Made by a program: the position numbers and the translations under genes. Of a stretch of DNA of 64,000 bases, positions 1-12,676 are shown piece after piece. Under the pieces are notes generated by a model. It worked only from the letters and a program-made list of their open reading frames with translations, was not told the DNA's origin and did not search any database. The stretch comes from Octopus sinensis (Eukaryota): positions 91,760,001 to 91,824,000 of the forward strand of contig NC_043005.1 in NCBI RefSeq assembly GCF_006345805.1, in the 5' to 3' direction. How positions within the stretch are numbered: the stretch's first letter is position 1; each line of letters begins with the position of its first letter.

Positions 1-794
1 TAGAACTATTGAAACGACTACATTTCACTCGATTATAATTAATTAGTCAGCTTAATTGCTAATGGTGATTTGTGACCAAGAACTGGTTTTTAACTCGATT
101 TATTTTATTTTACTTTTTGATGTAATATTCGATCAATAAAGGAGGTACAGGCCCCATAACTATTTCTTATTAAAGTTTTTTTTCTTTGATTCTTATTTGT
201 GAGGAGGTTATTTTTTAAATATCTAACCTAATGGTATGAAGTTGTCTTATCAACTATATGGTTCTGGGCTCAATCCCTACTGTGTGATACCCTGGACTAT
301 TATAGCCTCAAGACAAGCAATGTCTTATGAGTGGAACTGGGTGATGGAAAATGAGAAGAAGTTTGTTGTTTGTGTGAGTGTGTATGTAAATGTTATTCCA
401 CACATCCTCATTAACACTGTCTGGGTAAAAACAGTGTCTTTGTTTACATTTTCCAAATTATTAAATGTCTTATAGTTTCAGCCTTCAATGGTTGAGGACC
501 AGTAGAATGAAAATATACCTTACATAGAAAACAGTTGAGGGTTGACCCAAGTCTTGTGAGTAAAACTAGAAGTCTGTCAGATGGATTATTCTTGTTACTG
601 AACAGTCTGGCCTCGTCACACATTGTGTCACTAATTCTGTCTGAGAATTACTATAAGGGAACATGTATGGAATAAATCAGTAACATAATAAATTACTTTA
701 ACAAATAAGTAAGTCTGTTGATTGAACTAATTAATGCTCATCATTGTCGCCAACACTGGATCCACCACCATCAATGCTGTAACTGTGGGCCAAT

Positions 795-1140
795 GATCAT
801 CATCGTTTAATGTCCGCTTGGACGATTTTGACTGAGGGCTGGCGAATCAGATGGCTGCACCAGGCTCCAATCTTGATCTGGCAGAGTTTCTACAGCTGGA
901 TGCCCTTCCTAACGCCAACCACTCCGAGAGTGTAGTGGGTGCTTTATATGTGCCACCAGCATGGGGGCCAGTCAGGTGGTACTGGCAATGACCTCACTCA
1001 AATCTTTTTACACATGCCACCGGCACAGGTGCCAGTAAGGCAACATTGGTGACGATCACGCTCGAATGGTGCCCTTTTATGTGCCACCGGCATGGAAACC
1101 TGTTGGCTGCTCTGGCAATAATCACGCTCGGATGGTGCTC
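795..1140 (-). mobile_element. 3' end fragment of RTE-clade LINE (family A), with (TGA)n tail and internal subrepeats
   Basis: Reverse complement of the GGCGTTAGGAAGGGCATCCAGC...TGATGAT 3' end that follows the RTE ORF at 15.9-18.3 kb; near-identical to 52476-52995. Confidence 0.75.
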
Positions 1141-1916
1141 GAGGAAGTCTTTTCATAGTCACTCAACTTGTGAGAAATAATAACTAAATCTTCCTCAAAC
1201 AACATCCTCCCATCTTAAAACTAGCAGGACTCGTTGAATAATGTAGTTCTAGATACACACTATCAGGATAAAAGACTGGTTGGTCACAGCTGCAATGTCT
1301 TTGAACATAGAGCTGCTTGACCTAAGGGTAACAATAATGACATGAAATTAAAGGGGTCTTAACTAGTAAACAAAACCATCTCATGGGTCAATTGGATCTC
1401 GTTAAATTGATTCGCAAAATCAGCCTCCTTTAATTTTGCTCAGATTGCTTTCAATTTTAGTGTATTGATGCAACTCTGAATTTTGATTACTAAAGTAACC
1501 AATTACTTTATCTCATAAACTAAAGAATCTGATGTTATTTGGAATTAAAGCTGGGAAAATTTGGGTAATTTTAGCCAATTAACAGACAGTGAGGCATTAA
1601 CAGCTTGTTACCATGACAACTGCATATTGTGTTGTGTTTCACTTCACACTACGAGATTTACTTCACCTGCATGTTTTGTTTTAATAAAAATTTATATTTG
1701 TCATTAGAATTTTATTGTAAATATTTTTCATCAATTGTCTTAATATCATAAATATTTTTCATATATTTTTCATCTATATTTTACATATATTTTGTGAAGT
1801 TTTCTATTCGTTGCAATGAATGTCTTTCAGTTTAACCCCAGGCCAGGCCAGAATGAGCCATTCTGTATTTTTATCGAAGATGTTGGACAGCATTATTTAA
1901 TGTGTCCTTCATTTTT

Positions 1917-2736
1917 GGGATCTTTTCCTTTTGAACGGCAGTTTTCAACACAATTTCTAGTTAACTAAACACTTTTAAACTTCGTATACTGGTAGAATGT
2001 GTTTATAAAGCATCATTTTTTCTTGGCTTTATTGAGAAAATTCTATATGTTGTAACATATTTCGACTTTAATTTCGAGCATTTTGGCAATTTTAACCAAT
2101 CGCTGACCTCCATTTGGGGTTAAAACATTCTGTGCTGTATGAATATGTCCCTCGTTTAAGAAACAGATTGGGTTTATTTACATTTGCGAAGAAAAAAGAT
2201 ACCCTTCCCCCACCCCAAACCCTAACCATAACTCTAAACCTAACCCTAAAATAGATTGAAATGCAATAGATCGATACTAGGGTTATAATTATGGGTGACA
2301 ATTTCATTTGACACCGCTAGAAAAAAATCCCATTTTCCGTAGCAGTGTCGTATGAAATTGTCACCCATAATTATACCCTAGTATCGATCTATTGCATTTC
2401 AATCTATTTTAGGGTTAGGTTTAGAGTTAGGGTTAGGGGTGGGGGAAGGGTATCTTTTTTTCTTTGCAAATGTAAATAAACCCAATCTGTTTCTTAAACG
2501 AGGGACATAGTCATACAGCACGGAATGTTTTCACCCCAAATAGAGGTCAGCGATTGGTTAAAATTGCCGAAATGCTCGAAAGTAAAGTTGAAATATGTTA
2601 CAACATATAGAATTTTCTCAATAAAGCCAAGAAAATATGATGTTTTATAAACACATTCTACCAGTATACGAAGTTTAAAAGTGTTTAGTTAACTAGAAAT
2701 TGTGTTGAAAACTGCCGTTCAAAAGGAAAAGATCCC
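1917..2736. mobile_element. Fold-back MITE (non-autonomous DNA transposon) with ~400 bp inverted arms and a 6-bp TSD
   Basis: 1917-2319 is the reverse complement of 2340-2736 (GGGATCTTTTCC...GGAAAAGATCCC) around a 20-bp spacer; ATTTTT duplicated at 1911-1916 and 2737-2742. Confidence 0.9.
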
Positions 2737-2924
2737 ATTTTTGAAATGTTAGAGCATAGTGTGAGGGAGATTTGGCTGTTATTTCTAGCAAATTGAACAA
2801 CCACACAGATTACCTCATTGGCTCATTTGCTGATGTGTATAAGTAAACAAAAACTAAAGGAAATGAATCTTCAATAGTTTCTAGGACGATCATTCCAGTT
2901 GTATGATCAAGTGTACTGGTTACA

Positions 2925-3056
2925 CATTTAACTGGCAAAAGAGACCGATAGAATAAGTACTAGGCTTACAAAGAATAAGTCCTGGGGGCTGATTTGCTCG
3001 ACTAAAGGTGGTGCTCCAGCATGGCTGCAGTCAACTGACTGAAACAAGTAAAAGAG
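2925..3056 (+). mobile_element. 3' tail of an abundant tRNA-derived SINE
   Basis: GCAAAAGAGACCGATAGAATAAGTAC...GGTGCTCCAGCATGG...GACTGAAACAAGTAAAAG recurs at ~34.96, 38.04 (-), 40.96, 53.3 (-) and 58.65 kb. Confidence 0.65.
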
Positions 3057-3950
3057 TTACAGAAAATCATTGTCACACTTCACTTAATTTGGAGGATGTC
3101 AATGTAAAAGTTTCTTCTGAATATCAATTTGTACAGACCAATATTCAAAATGGTTGTGTTGGTTGTTGATTTACTTAAAGTCAGTTGTGTCAATATCATC
3201 CCCAATTTGAGAACCCTTGCAGCCGAGTATGGTTTGAGAGGACGATTTGGCTGCTATTTCTAATGTGTTGATTGAGTGACTATGTAATTCTCCCCCCCCC
3301 CCTCCCATTCCTGCTTCCCATCATCACGAACATTCGTTTCTGCTTGAATTAAATATTGAATGACTTCCGTGAATTTTCTGAATTATTCACTTTCCATTTC
3401 ATTCTATAACTGTTAATCATTTACATGAACGAATAATGACAAGATGTCAATTATTTCACCTTTCCTGTGATCACCGATGATTTGAAAATGGAAATTATAA
3501 ACCTACAGTACATCATTTAAATGTTTTTGAAAAACAATTCACATTTTCAGAATACAAACGAATGATAAGACGTAAGAGAATAAGTAGTGAATGTTGAGAA
3601 AATATATTTTGAAAATGTCATCTTTATACATCAGTGTGAGTCCTTGTTTTCTAAACCCATGTTCTTAAGATTCAAATATCGAGAAAAATATGTCTGATGT
3701 CAAATTAGAACAACACTTTAAGTGTGGAAGCTGTGAGATGTATGAACCAGTTTTCAACAAGTTCAGTGGAGATTTGCTGCAACGAAGTGAAGATGAATGA
3801 GAATTATTTCTGACTTTCGTTGTCTCATGTATGCATTATACAGCATTTAATGTCATTATACCTGTGTTTATGTATCAAATGAATCCATGACTGACACATT
3901 TGCACACATACGGAAGTCTGTATGTATGTGCATAAATGGGTGTGTATATA

Positions 3951-4200
3951 TCTTATATAAAATCTGTTCTGTCTGTCTGTCTGTTTGCGTGTCTTCTCGG
4001 ATCTCGGGCATCCTCCATCTGATTGCGCTCAGATTTGATATGTAGATACCGACGGTATCAGGGCGTGTATAAGTCTTGAAAAAATTACAAAAATCGATTC
4101 CAGGTGAGAATGCGATTGATAAAGCTGTTTTTGTCCTGCTTTTCTTTCGTCAACCTGTACATAACTGCACCTTCCATTTTTTGTTGTATTTGTACTGCTT
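3951..4200 (+). mobile_element. Possible 5' end of a non-autonomous Helitron-type repeat
   Basis: A|TC start (TCTTATATAAAATC) followed by a (CTGT)n microsatellite, as in non-autonomous Helitrons; no matching 3' end identified. Confidence 0.3.
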
Positions 4201-4449
4201 AAAGGCACGTTTCTTTCCTGCCAAGCTTACTGTTTAAACCATGTTTGTGTTCTCCCAGCCTTATCATTACTGGTACTTTAAACTCTTCAGTTGCATATTT
4301 GTGTGAATAAAATCGTTTTTCTTTGGAATAGAAAAAAGTCTATCTTTATTTCTTCTTTTGCTGGTGTCTCAAATTTAGGTTAAATCAGTGTTTCTCAAAG
4401 GGGAGGCCTATGGGACGGTCGGACAAGTTTTTTTTTTTTTTTTTTTAAA

Positions 4450-6757
4450 TCCTTATACAGAAACACACACACGCATACCCACGTATCCACGACCCCCCCC
4501 CCCCAACATACCTACTTCCAACACACCTACCTCCAACACACCACACACATACAACCTACACACACTTGTACGCACACATACTTCCACACCTACACATACA
4601 CCCACACACGCCCACGCACACATGCCCGTGCACACACACCAACAACCAATACCCATACAGATACGCACACCCTTATAAACACCTAGTAGAGACACACACA
4701 CACATACACGCACGTCACGCGCATGTACATTACGCCCACACAACCCCAGAGGAAACCCCACGCACACACACATACATCCACACACACATACATACGTACA
4801 CACATACATACGTACACACATACATACATACACTCACACATTCATACATACATACATACATACACATACACATACACACACACATACATACATACACACA
4901 TACATACACACATACACACACATACATACATACATACACACACATACATACATACACACATACACACACACACATACATACATACATACATACATACATA
5001 CATACACACGCACTCACATGCACACATACACGCATGCACACATACATGCATACATACACACACACATACACGCATGCACACATATACATATATTTGTATC
5101 TAGGCGCACGCTTTATAGTTGAGGGATTGTTGGTGATGGGATTTTTGGTGTGGGTGTTTGTGGGTCCACAGGCTCAGCGCGCCTTGGGATACGGCCGGCC
5201 CCATATGCGTGCTTGTGTGTGTGTTGTGTGTGTGTGTGTGTATACATACATGCATACATGCATGCATGCACGCGCGCACACATACATACCTACATACATA
5301 CACACACACTTACACACATACACACACACATACATACATACACACACATACATACAAATATACATACAGACATACACACATACACTCACACATACATACA
5401 CACACACACACACATACATACACACCCACATACACGCATACACACACACACGCATACATACATACTTTACGCCCACACAACTCCAGAAGAAACCCCACGC
5501 ACACATGCATACATTCACACACACACACATACGTACACATACATACATACATTCATACATTCATTCACATATACATACATACACACAAACATACGCATAC
5601 ACACACATACATACACACATACATATACGCACATACACATATACATACACACATACACACACATACATACACACGTGCATGCATATATACACATACAGAC
5701 ATACACGCATGCACACATACATACATACATACACACACATATACGCATGCACACATACATACATACATACATACACATACATACATACACACACAGTTAC
5801 ATACACACATACATACATACATACACACATACACACACACATACATACATACATACATACACACATACATACATACACATACACACATACTTACATACAC
5901 TCATACAGACATACATACATACAGACATACAGACATACACACTCACACGTACATACATACACACACACACCTACATACACACACGCATGCACACGCGTGC
6001 ACATACATGCGCACACACGCGCACATACATGCGCACACATACATACATACATGCATGCCTGTGGGGTTGGCTTTGTTTCGGGCGTACGTCGGTGCATGCG
6101 TGTGTGTGCCTGTGGATTCGCATGTGCCTGCACCGGAAGAGTTTTTTTCCATCAGTCTTTCAGTTGTGGAGTGTGTCCTTGCAAGCATATATATACACAC
6201 ATATAAACATATAAACACACAAATAAACCCCTACATTTGTACACACATGCACATACATACATATATTCACTCCCACGCACGTACACACACATGCACACAC
6301 ACACATTTACATATATATACAATACACGCATACACACATACACATGTACAAACACACACTAATTCACATACACACCGACACATATACATACACACAACAT
6401 ATACCTACATGCGCACGCACACATACACATATGTACACACAGATAAGCACAGACACACACATACATACGCACACCAAAACATGCGCACACATACGCGCGA
6501 AAAAACTCACAACCCCACGGATACACGCATATACATCCATTTACGCTTACACACACACACATACAAACGCACACATACATGAACATACACGCACACACAC
6601 ATACAAACGCACACATACATGCACACACAACTAACATACATGAACATACACGCACACACACATACCTCCCTGTTTTTGACCTGCCATTTTGACCTGCACC
6701 ACTCCTTAATTCTACTACTGGCCTGCTACTGCCTGTTGTTCGCCATATACACACACA

Positions 6758-6788
<31 letters not shown>

Positions 6789-6810
6789 CACCACACACAC
6801 ACACACACTT
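4450..6810. repeat. Degenerate (CA)n/(TACA)n microsatellite array with local strand switches
   Basis: Direct inspection; all H/T/Y/I- and C/V/M-rich ORFs here are repeat translations. Confidence 0.9.
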
Positions 6811-7067
6811 GTCATCATCGCACACCTTCTTTACCATTCCGTCTTTGATATAGCTCTCTTGTTTTTTAAAAACATTTTCATCTACTTTCACCACTTTCGC
6901 CTTTTAGTATGTGACCTCGCCTGTATCACTAGCGATTTTTTTTTCCTCTGTCTTCCCTTCTCGGGATCTTTCCTTCTCCTATGTTTCCGACGAAGAGCTC
7001 CGCTTGAAACGTCAAACCCTCCTTCTTTCCTGAGCGTCCAATAATACTTTATTTGTTCCACATCCTT
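6810..7067 (+). mobile_element. Penelope-like element pseudo-LTR fragment
   Basis: Contains the CGACGAAG...GAAACGTC hammerhead-type motif typical of PLE terminal repeats, next to another PLE. Confidence 0.5.
6983..7017 (+). ncRNA. Minimal type I hammerhead ribozyme motif (U4C core variant)
   Basis: GTTT-CCGACGA-A-GAGC tcc GCTT-GAAAC-GTC-AAAC: stem I GTTT/AAAC, stem II GAGC/GCTT, palindromic ACGT helix III. Confidence 0.55.
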
Positions 7068-7107
7068 GCTATAAGACCGTCATCCCTATATAAACCTGCA
7101 TCTATAA

Positions 7108-7440
7108 ATGGGAATTCTATTTTTAGATTATGGAGAACAAAGGCTCCTAGGTTTATATAGGGATGACGGCCTTATAGCCACGCATAATCTAAACGGCCAT
7201 GAATCAGATAGACTTAGGAAGGACCTTATTGCTTTCTTTCAAAGGATGGGCTTACGGGTTACAATAGATGCTAACCTGAATAATGTAGATTTTTTAGACG
7301 TAAATTTTAATGTAAGGTCGGATAGATTTAAACCTTTCCGTAAGCCCAATGAAAAGCTATCATATATTAGCAAAGATTCGAACCATCCACCAGTTATCCT
7401 TAGGAACTTAGTCAGTAATGTAGGTAGAAGAATATCTTCT
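7108..7440 (+). pseudogene. PLE reverse transcriptase fragment (GLYRDDG type)
   Basis: LGLYRDDGL...VDFLDVNF...FKPFRKPN...SNHPP...GRRIS: PLE RT catalytic and thumb motifs. Confidence 0.85.
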
Positions 7441-7909
7441 ACCTACATTAGAAGCGCTACATCGATGATTTTAACTTGCGTGCGAGATAGATTGCGTGCA
7501 TATATGTACGCATGCATTTATGTGTATATTTTAGATTTATATTTATACGTCTGTATATGTATGGCGTTTGCACGCATCCTTCTGTGTATGTTGATATATA
7601 TATGTACACTTTAATATAAATATGTATTGCAGTGTAATATTTATAATAAGTTTTAATTTCTATGCATTAATTATACTTTCTTCATTAACGTCAATATGTA
7701 TTTTATTCAATGTAAGGTTTTTTCCTCGAATTTTATAATTTTTATAATTTTTTATATATATATACATATATTTTTGAGCTTTTTTTGTTTATCACTCGAA
7801 GATTGACCGTTATTTCTAAAGGGCCAATCAAACAAGTCCATTTTTTTAAAGGTGTAGCGTTTGTAAGAGTCTAGATTGAATTGATATATCGGTTCCATTC
7901 TAGCAAAAA

Positions 7910-7947
7910 CTGTCTGATGAACGGCAACGAGAAACTCAGAGTAACAG
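7910..7947 (+). ncRNA. Minimal type I hammerhead ribozyme motif
   Basis: CTGT-CTGATGA-A-CG GCAA CG-A-GAAACTC A GAGTA-ACAG: canonical core, stem I CTGT/ACAG, GNRA-capped stem II, helix III ACTC/GAGT, GTA cleavage triplet. Confidence 0.7.
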
Positions 7948-8199
7948 ATTTTGTTGAATTTTTCTGCTGCTTTAAATAAAGCACATTACTCTACTACTGG
8001 TATTTGAGTACTCTTTTTTCCACCTTGTTTCACATTTATGTGTTTACTCCGAAATGTATATGTATATGTATATATGTATATATATATGTATATGTATATG
8101 TATATATATATGTATATATGTATATGTATATATATATGTATATATGTATATATATGTATATGAAAAAAGGTTTGAAAATGCAATTTAAACGATGTTTAT

Positions 8200-8244
8200 T
8201 TACTTAACCGGTTTCACTCTTTGGTAAAAGATTGTCAAAAGTAA
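8200..8244 (-). ncRNA. Hammerhead ribozyme motif, U3-A8 core variant
   Basis: TTACTT-TTGACAA-TCTTT tacc AAAGA gt-GAAAC CG GTT-AAGTAA; 6-bp stem I, palindromic ACCGGT helix III, imperfect stem II. Confidence 0.55.
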
Positions 8245-10259
8245 CTTTGAATATTATGGGTTCAAAAAAAGTTTTTTACATAATTGTCACATTGAATATT
8301 ATGAATTCAAAAATGTTTTTTTATACATAATTGTCACATTACATGTATAAATATAGTATAAAAAAGTTCAATAGTATGATGAGAATATTTGGAAAAATTG
8401 GCAGAAAAGAATAAAACAAATATATTATTGGAAATTTGGTTGCGTTAATTATTGGTTGTCGCAAATTGTCACATTACATGTATATATATACAGTCTTTGG
8501 TAGAAAGGACATGTTTAAGACATAAGGAAGTGTAATAGTTTGGTGAGAAAGCTTGTAATATTGACAGAGAAAATTAAAATGGATATTTTAGACATCTCAG
8601 AATATTTTGAATCGAAGGCGAATTTTGTTTTTTACTGACCTGTTTGTTTTAGCAGAAAAGTTGGATTGAGAGAAAAAAAGATATGTACCCACCGTTTGGT
8701 TTATACTTCCCCTTCAAGCATCAGTGATTTTGGGGTTATTGGGAGGTGAGTATGCGGGCGTGAATAGATGTGTCCGTGTGCCTGCTGGTCAGACAGCGTC
8801 TGTTTGTCACACACATATATACACACACACACAACAACAATACACACACACACATATATACACACACACACACCACATACACACAACACACACACACAGA
8901 CACACACACACACAACGCACCCACATATATAATATATACACACAGCACACAAATATAACATGTATTTATATATATATACACACATATATAACACATACAC
9001 ACACAACACACACACACACACACAACACACACACACACACACGTACACATATATACATAATATAAATATCACACAAATACACCTAGCATATATATACACA
9101 TACAATACACATACACAGCATGTATATATAACATACACAATATATGCATGCAATATACATACGCAATACATACATATAATATATATATATATAGACAATG
9201 CATATACATATATACATATATACATATAAATAGTGTTTACATACACATACATAGATATACCACATATACACACAATATACATACATACAATGCATACACA
9301 TACACGTACGCATACATATATATAGACACACACACACATAACATACATACACAATGCATACATATATATACACGCAACGTATATACATGTATTCATGTAT
9401 ATATAGCACACTTACAATATACATATATACAATGCACACATACACACATATATACACTTAATTGTACACATACATATACAGTACACATACATACAATATA
9501 CATATACACAATGCACATGCAAATAATGCACATGTTTATACACACACATACATGAAAATATATATACACACACACACACACATACACACACACATATATA
9601 TATACACATATATATATATATATATATACATACATACATACATGCACATACATATATTTTTTCACACACACATACACACACATATATATATAAAATTCAC
9701 ACACACACCCACACACACACAAAATACAAACCTATAGCGTACACACTCAAATATATCTCTACATACCGCACACACACACAAACAATGTACTCACATATAC
9801 ACACATACCATGCATATACACACACAGCACACACACATATATATATAAAAACAAATACACATGTAAATACATACACACGTACACAATGCTCACACACACA
9901 CCACCACATACACACACACACGCACACAGTGCACACACACACACCTATATACACACGTGCACACACACACACACAACGCGTGCACACACACACATACACA
10001 CGCACACACACACACACATACATATACACACGCGCACACACACAACGTGCACACACTCACACACACACACACAACACCCACACACATACATAACCTACAT
10101 ATATATAATGCATGCGTGTGCGTGCCACGTATGTGTGCGGTCAATGCCCGCTAGTGGTGTCCTATGCGTGCCGATGCGCGCATGTGCCCGCCCGCACGAT
10201 ATGCTGTGAGTGTGCGCGTGCCCCTGTTGCCTGCTCTGGATGTGTGCCCAGGGGGTATG

Positions 10260-11247
10260 TTAGAGTATGTTTAGTTGTGGTCTGTATTTTTGAATAAGAT
10301 TACATTCCTTATTTATTCGTGTTTGGTCTGTGGTGTTGTCCGAGCATTGGTATAGTGGGAAGATTAAGAATTTGGGGGACTTATTGTGTGCACAAAGGTC
10401 TAAGTGTCCACTTAGTGGTATCTGTCTTGTGGAGGGGTCCTCAGTTGTTGTCGGTGAACTGTCATTCTTTCTCTGAGGGTAAGGCTCGTTTGCCCTATGT
10501 AGTCTTCGTGGCATCCTTCACACCTTATGACGTAGAGTAAATTTTTTGATGCGCACGTGAAATTATTTTTTATGATGAATGTGTGTCCCGAGTGGAACTT
10601 GTACGACGATCCCTCAATGAGGTGGATGCAGGTCTTGCAATTGGGGCGACCACATTTTTTGATGGTGGGCGGTGGGTTTGTGTTGTGTAATTTTGCGTTG
10701 GTGAGGAGGTTTTTTTAGGGATTTAGGTTGTCTCTTACTTTTATTATTTTATGAGCTGCCAGTATTTTTTTCAGGCGTGGGTCTTGATTTAGTTGTGAAA
10801 TGTTGTTGTATATAATAGTGTAAGCTTCTGCATTCCTTGGGTGTGTGTTGAGAGATAGGGGAGGCTATTTACTGTACTGTGGATGTGTTTGGGTTTTCGT
10901 AGGTCTTGAATGTTGATTGATTTGGCCCGTTCTATTCCGTTGTCTACTAGTGATGCCGGGTAATGTCTTTCGAGAAGAATTGCCCTTAGTTCCCGGAGTC
11001 TTCTATTTCGTGTTGTGTCATTTGAGACAATAGTGCAGATTCTTCTCGCTAGGTTGAAGGGGATATTTGTCTTTGTGGTTTTGGGTGATTGGAGGTGAAT
11101 AGAAGGTTGTTTAGAGTCAGTGGGTTTGTAATGGATGTCAGTTTCAATGTTGACGCCTTTTTTAATGATTAGGATGTCAAGAAAAGGGAGTTGGTCCTGA
11201 CTGTATTCCATTGTGAATTGAATGTTGTTATTAACACTGTTGATAAG
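10260..11247 (-). pseudogene. PLE RT C-terminus and GIY-YIG endonuclease, frameshifted
   Basis: NIQFTMEYSQDQLPFLD...YKPTDSKQ...NIPFNLARRICTIVS...; C-terminal IFPLYQ...KECNLIQKYRPQLN; homologous to 32100-33060. Confidence 0.85.
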
Positions 11248-11837
11248 GTTTGTGTGTGTGTGTATATATGTGTGTGACAAACAGACGCTGTCTGACCAGC
11301 AGGCACACGGACACATCTATTCACGCCCGCATACTCACCTCCCAATAACCCCAAAATCACTGATGCTTGAAGGGGAAGTATAAACCAAACTGGGTACATA
11401 TCTTTTTTTCTCTCAATCCAACTTTTCTGCTAAAACAAACAGGTCAGTAAAAAACAAATTCTCGCCTTCGATTCAAAATATTCTGAGATGTCTAAAATAT
11501 CCATTTTAATTTTCTCTGTCAATATTACAAGCTTTCTCACCAAACTATTACACTTCCTTATGTCTTTAACATGTCCTTTCTACCAAAGACTGTATATATA
11601 TACATGTAATGTGACAATTGCGGAACAACCAATAATTAACGCAACCAAATTTCCAATAATATATTTGTTTTATTCTTTTCCGCCAATTTTTCCAAATATT
11701 CTCATCATACTATTGAACTTTTTATACTATATTTATACATGTAATGTGACAATTTGTGTGTAAAAAAACATTTTGAATCATAATATTCAATGTGACAATT
11801 ATGTAAAAAACTTTTTTTGAACCCATAATATTCAAAG

Positions 11838-11881
11838 TTACTTTTGACAATCTTTTACCAAAGAGTGAAACGGTTAAGTAA
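11838..11881 (+). ncRNA. Hammerhead ribozyme motif in the inverted pLTR copy (U3-A8)
   Basis: TTACTT-TTGACAA-TCTTTTACCAAAGAGT-GAAAC-GGTT-AAGTAA; inverted twin of 8200-8244. Confidence 0.5.
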
Positions 11882-11959
11882 AAAACATCGTTTAAATTGC
11901 ATTTTCAAACTTTTTCATATATAATCCCACTCGTGCGATACCCCACAACTCAACTTTTT

Positions 11960-12395
11960 ATATATATCTATGTATATATATTATATATGTATATATAATG
12001 TATATATGTATATATATATATATGTATATATGTATATATATATATATGTTATATAATATATATATATATATGTATATATATTATATGTATAGTATATATA
12101 TGTATATGGATATGTATAATATATATGTATATGTATATATATATGTATATGTATATATATATGTATATATATATATATATGTATATGTATATGTATTGTA
12201 TATGTATATATATATATAGTATATGTATATATATATGTATATGTATAATATATATGTATATGTATATATATATGTATATGTATATATATATGTATATGTA
12301 TATGTGTATATGTATATGTATATATATATGTATATATGTATAGGTATATATGTATATGTATATATATATGTATATATATATATGTATATGTATAT

Positions 12396-12427
<32 letters not shown>

Positions 12428-12584
12428 GTATATGTATATATATATATGTATATGTATATATATATGTATATGTATATATATATGTATATGTATATGTATA
12501 TATATATATCTAAAAATATTCTCCGCATATGTATATATATACATATATATACATATACATATGTATATATATATACATATATAC

Positions 12585-12615
<31 letters not shown>

Positions 12616-12676
12616 TATGTATATATATATACATACATATATACATATATATATACATACATATATATATATATAT
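11960..12676. repeat. (TA)n/(TATG)n array
   Basis: Direct inspection. Confidence 0.95.

Larger units (their letters stand above)
7068..8070 (+). mobile_element. Internally deleted Penelope-like element (RT fragment plus hammerhead-bearing tail)
   Basis: RT fragment at 7108-7440 fused directly to a non-coding tail with a hammerhead at 7910; 5' junction carries a 29-nt inverted filler. Confidence 0.75.
8161..11957 (-). mobile_element. 5'-truncated Penelope-like element with an inverted upstream pseudo-LTR
   Basis: 8161-8815 is the inverted copy of 11265-11917; RT thumb and GIY-YIG remnants on the - strand between them; ~1.3 kb internal (CA/TG) array. Confidence 0.9.

Noticed and set aside
2409-2440. 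Telomere or interstitial telomeric array
   Set aside because: Only a few degenerate TTAGGG units, internal to the fold-back MITE
3670-3800. Short frame ...QHFKCGSCEMYEPVF... resembling a zinc-finger start
   Set aside because: No His pair or linker, under 45 codons, acceptor unverified
4386-4400. CAGTGTTTCTCAAA, resembling a hAT TIR
   Set aside because: No matching opposite end or 8-bp TSD found in the window
4388-6808. Long ORFs of up to 546 aa (HTYI/CVCM-rich)
   Set aside because: Translations of CA/TACA microsatellite that lacks stops; the same applies to all YI/VC-rich ORFs in the TA arrays
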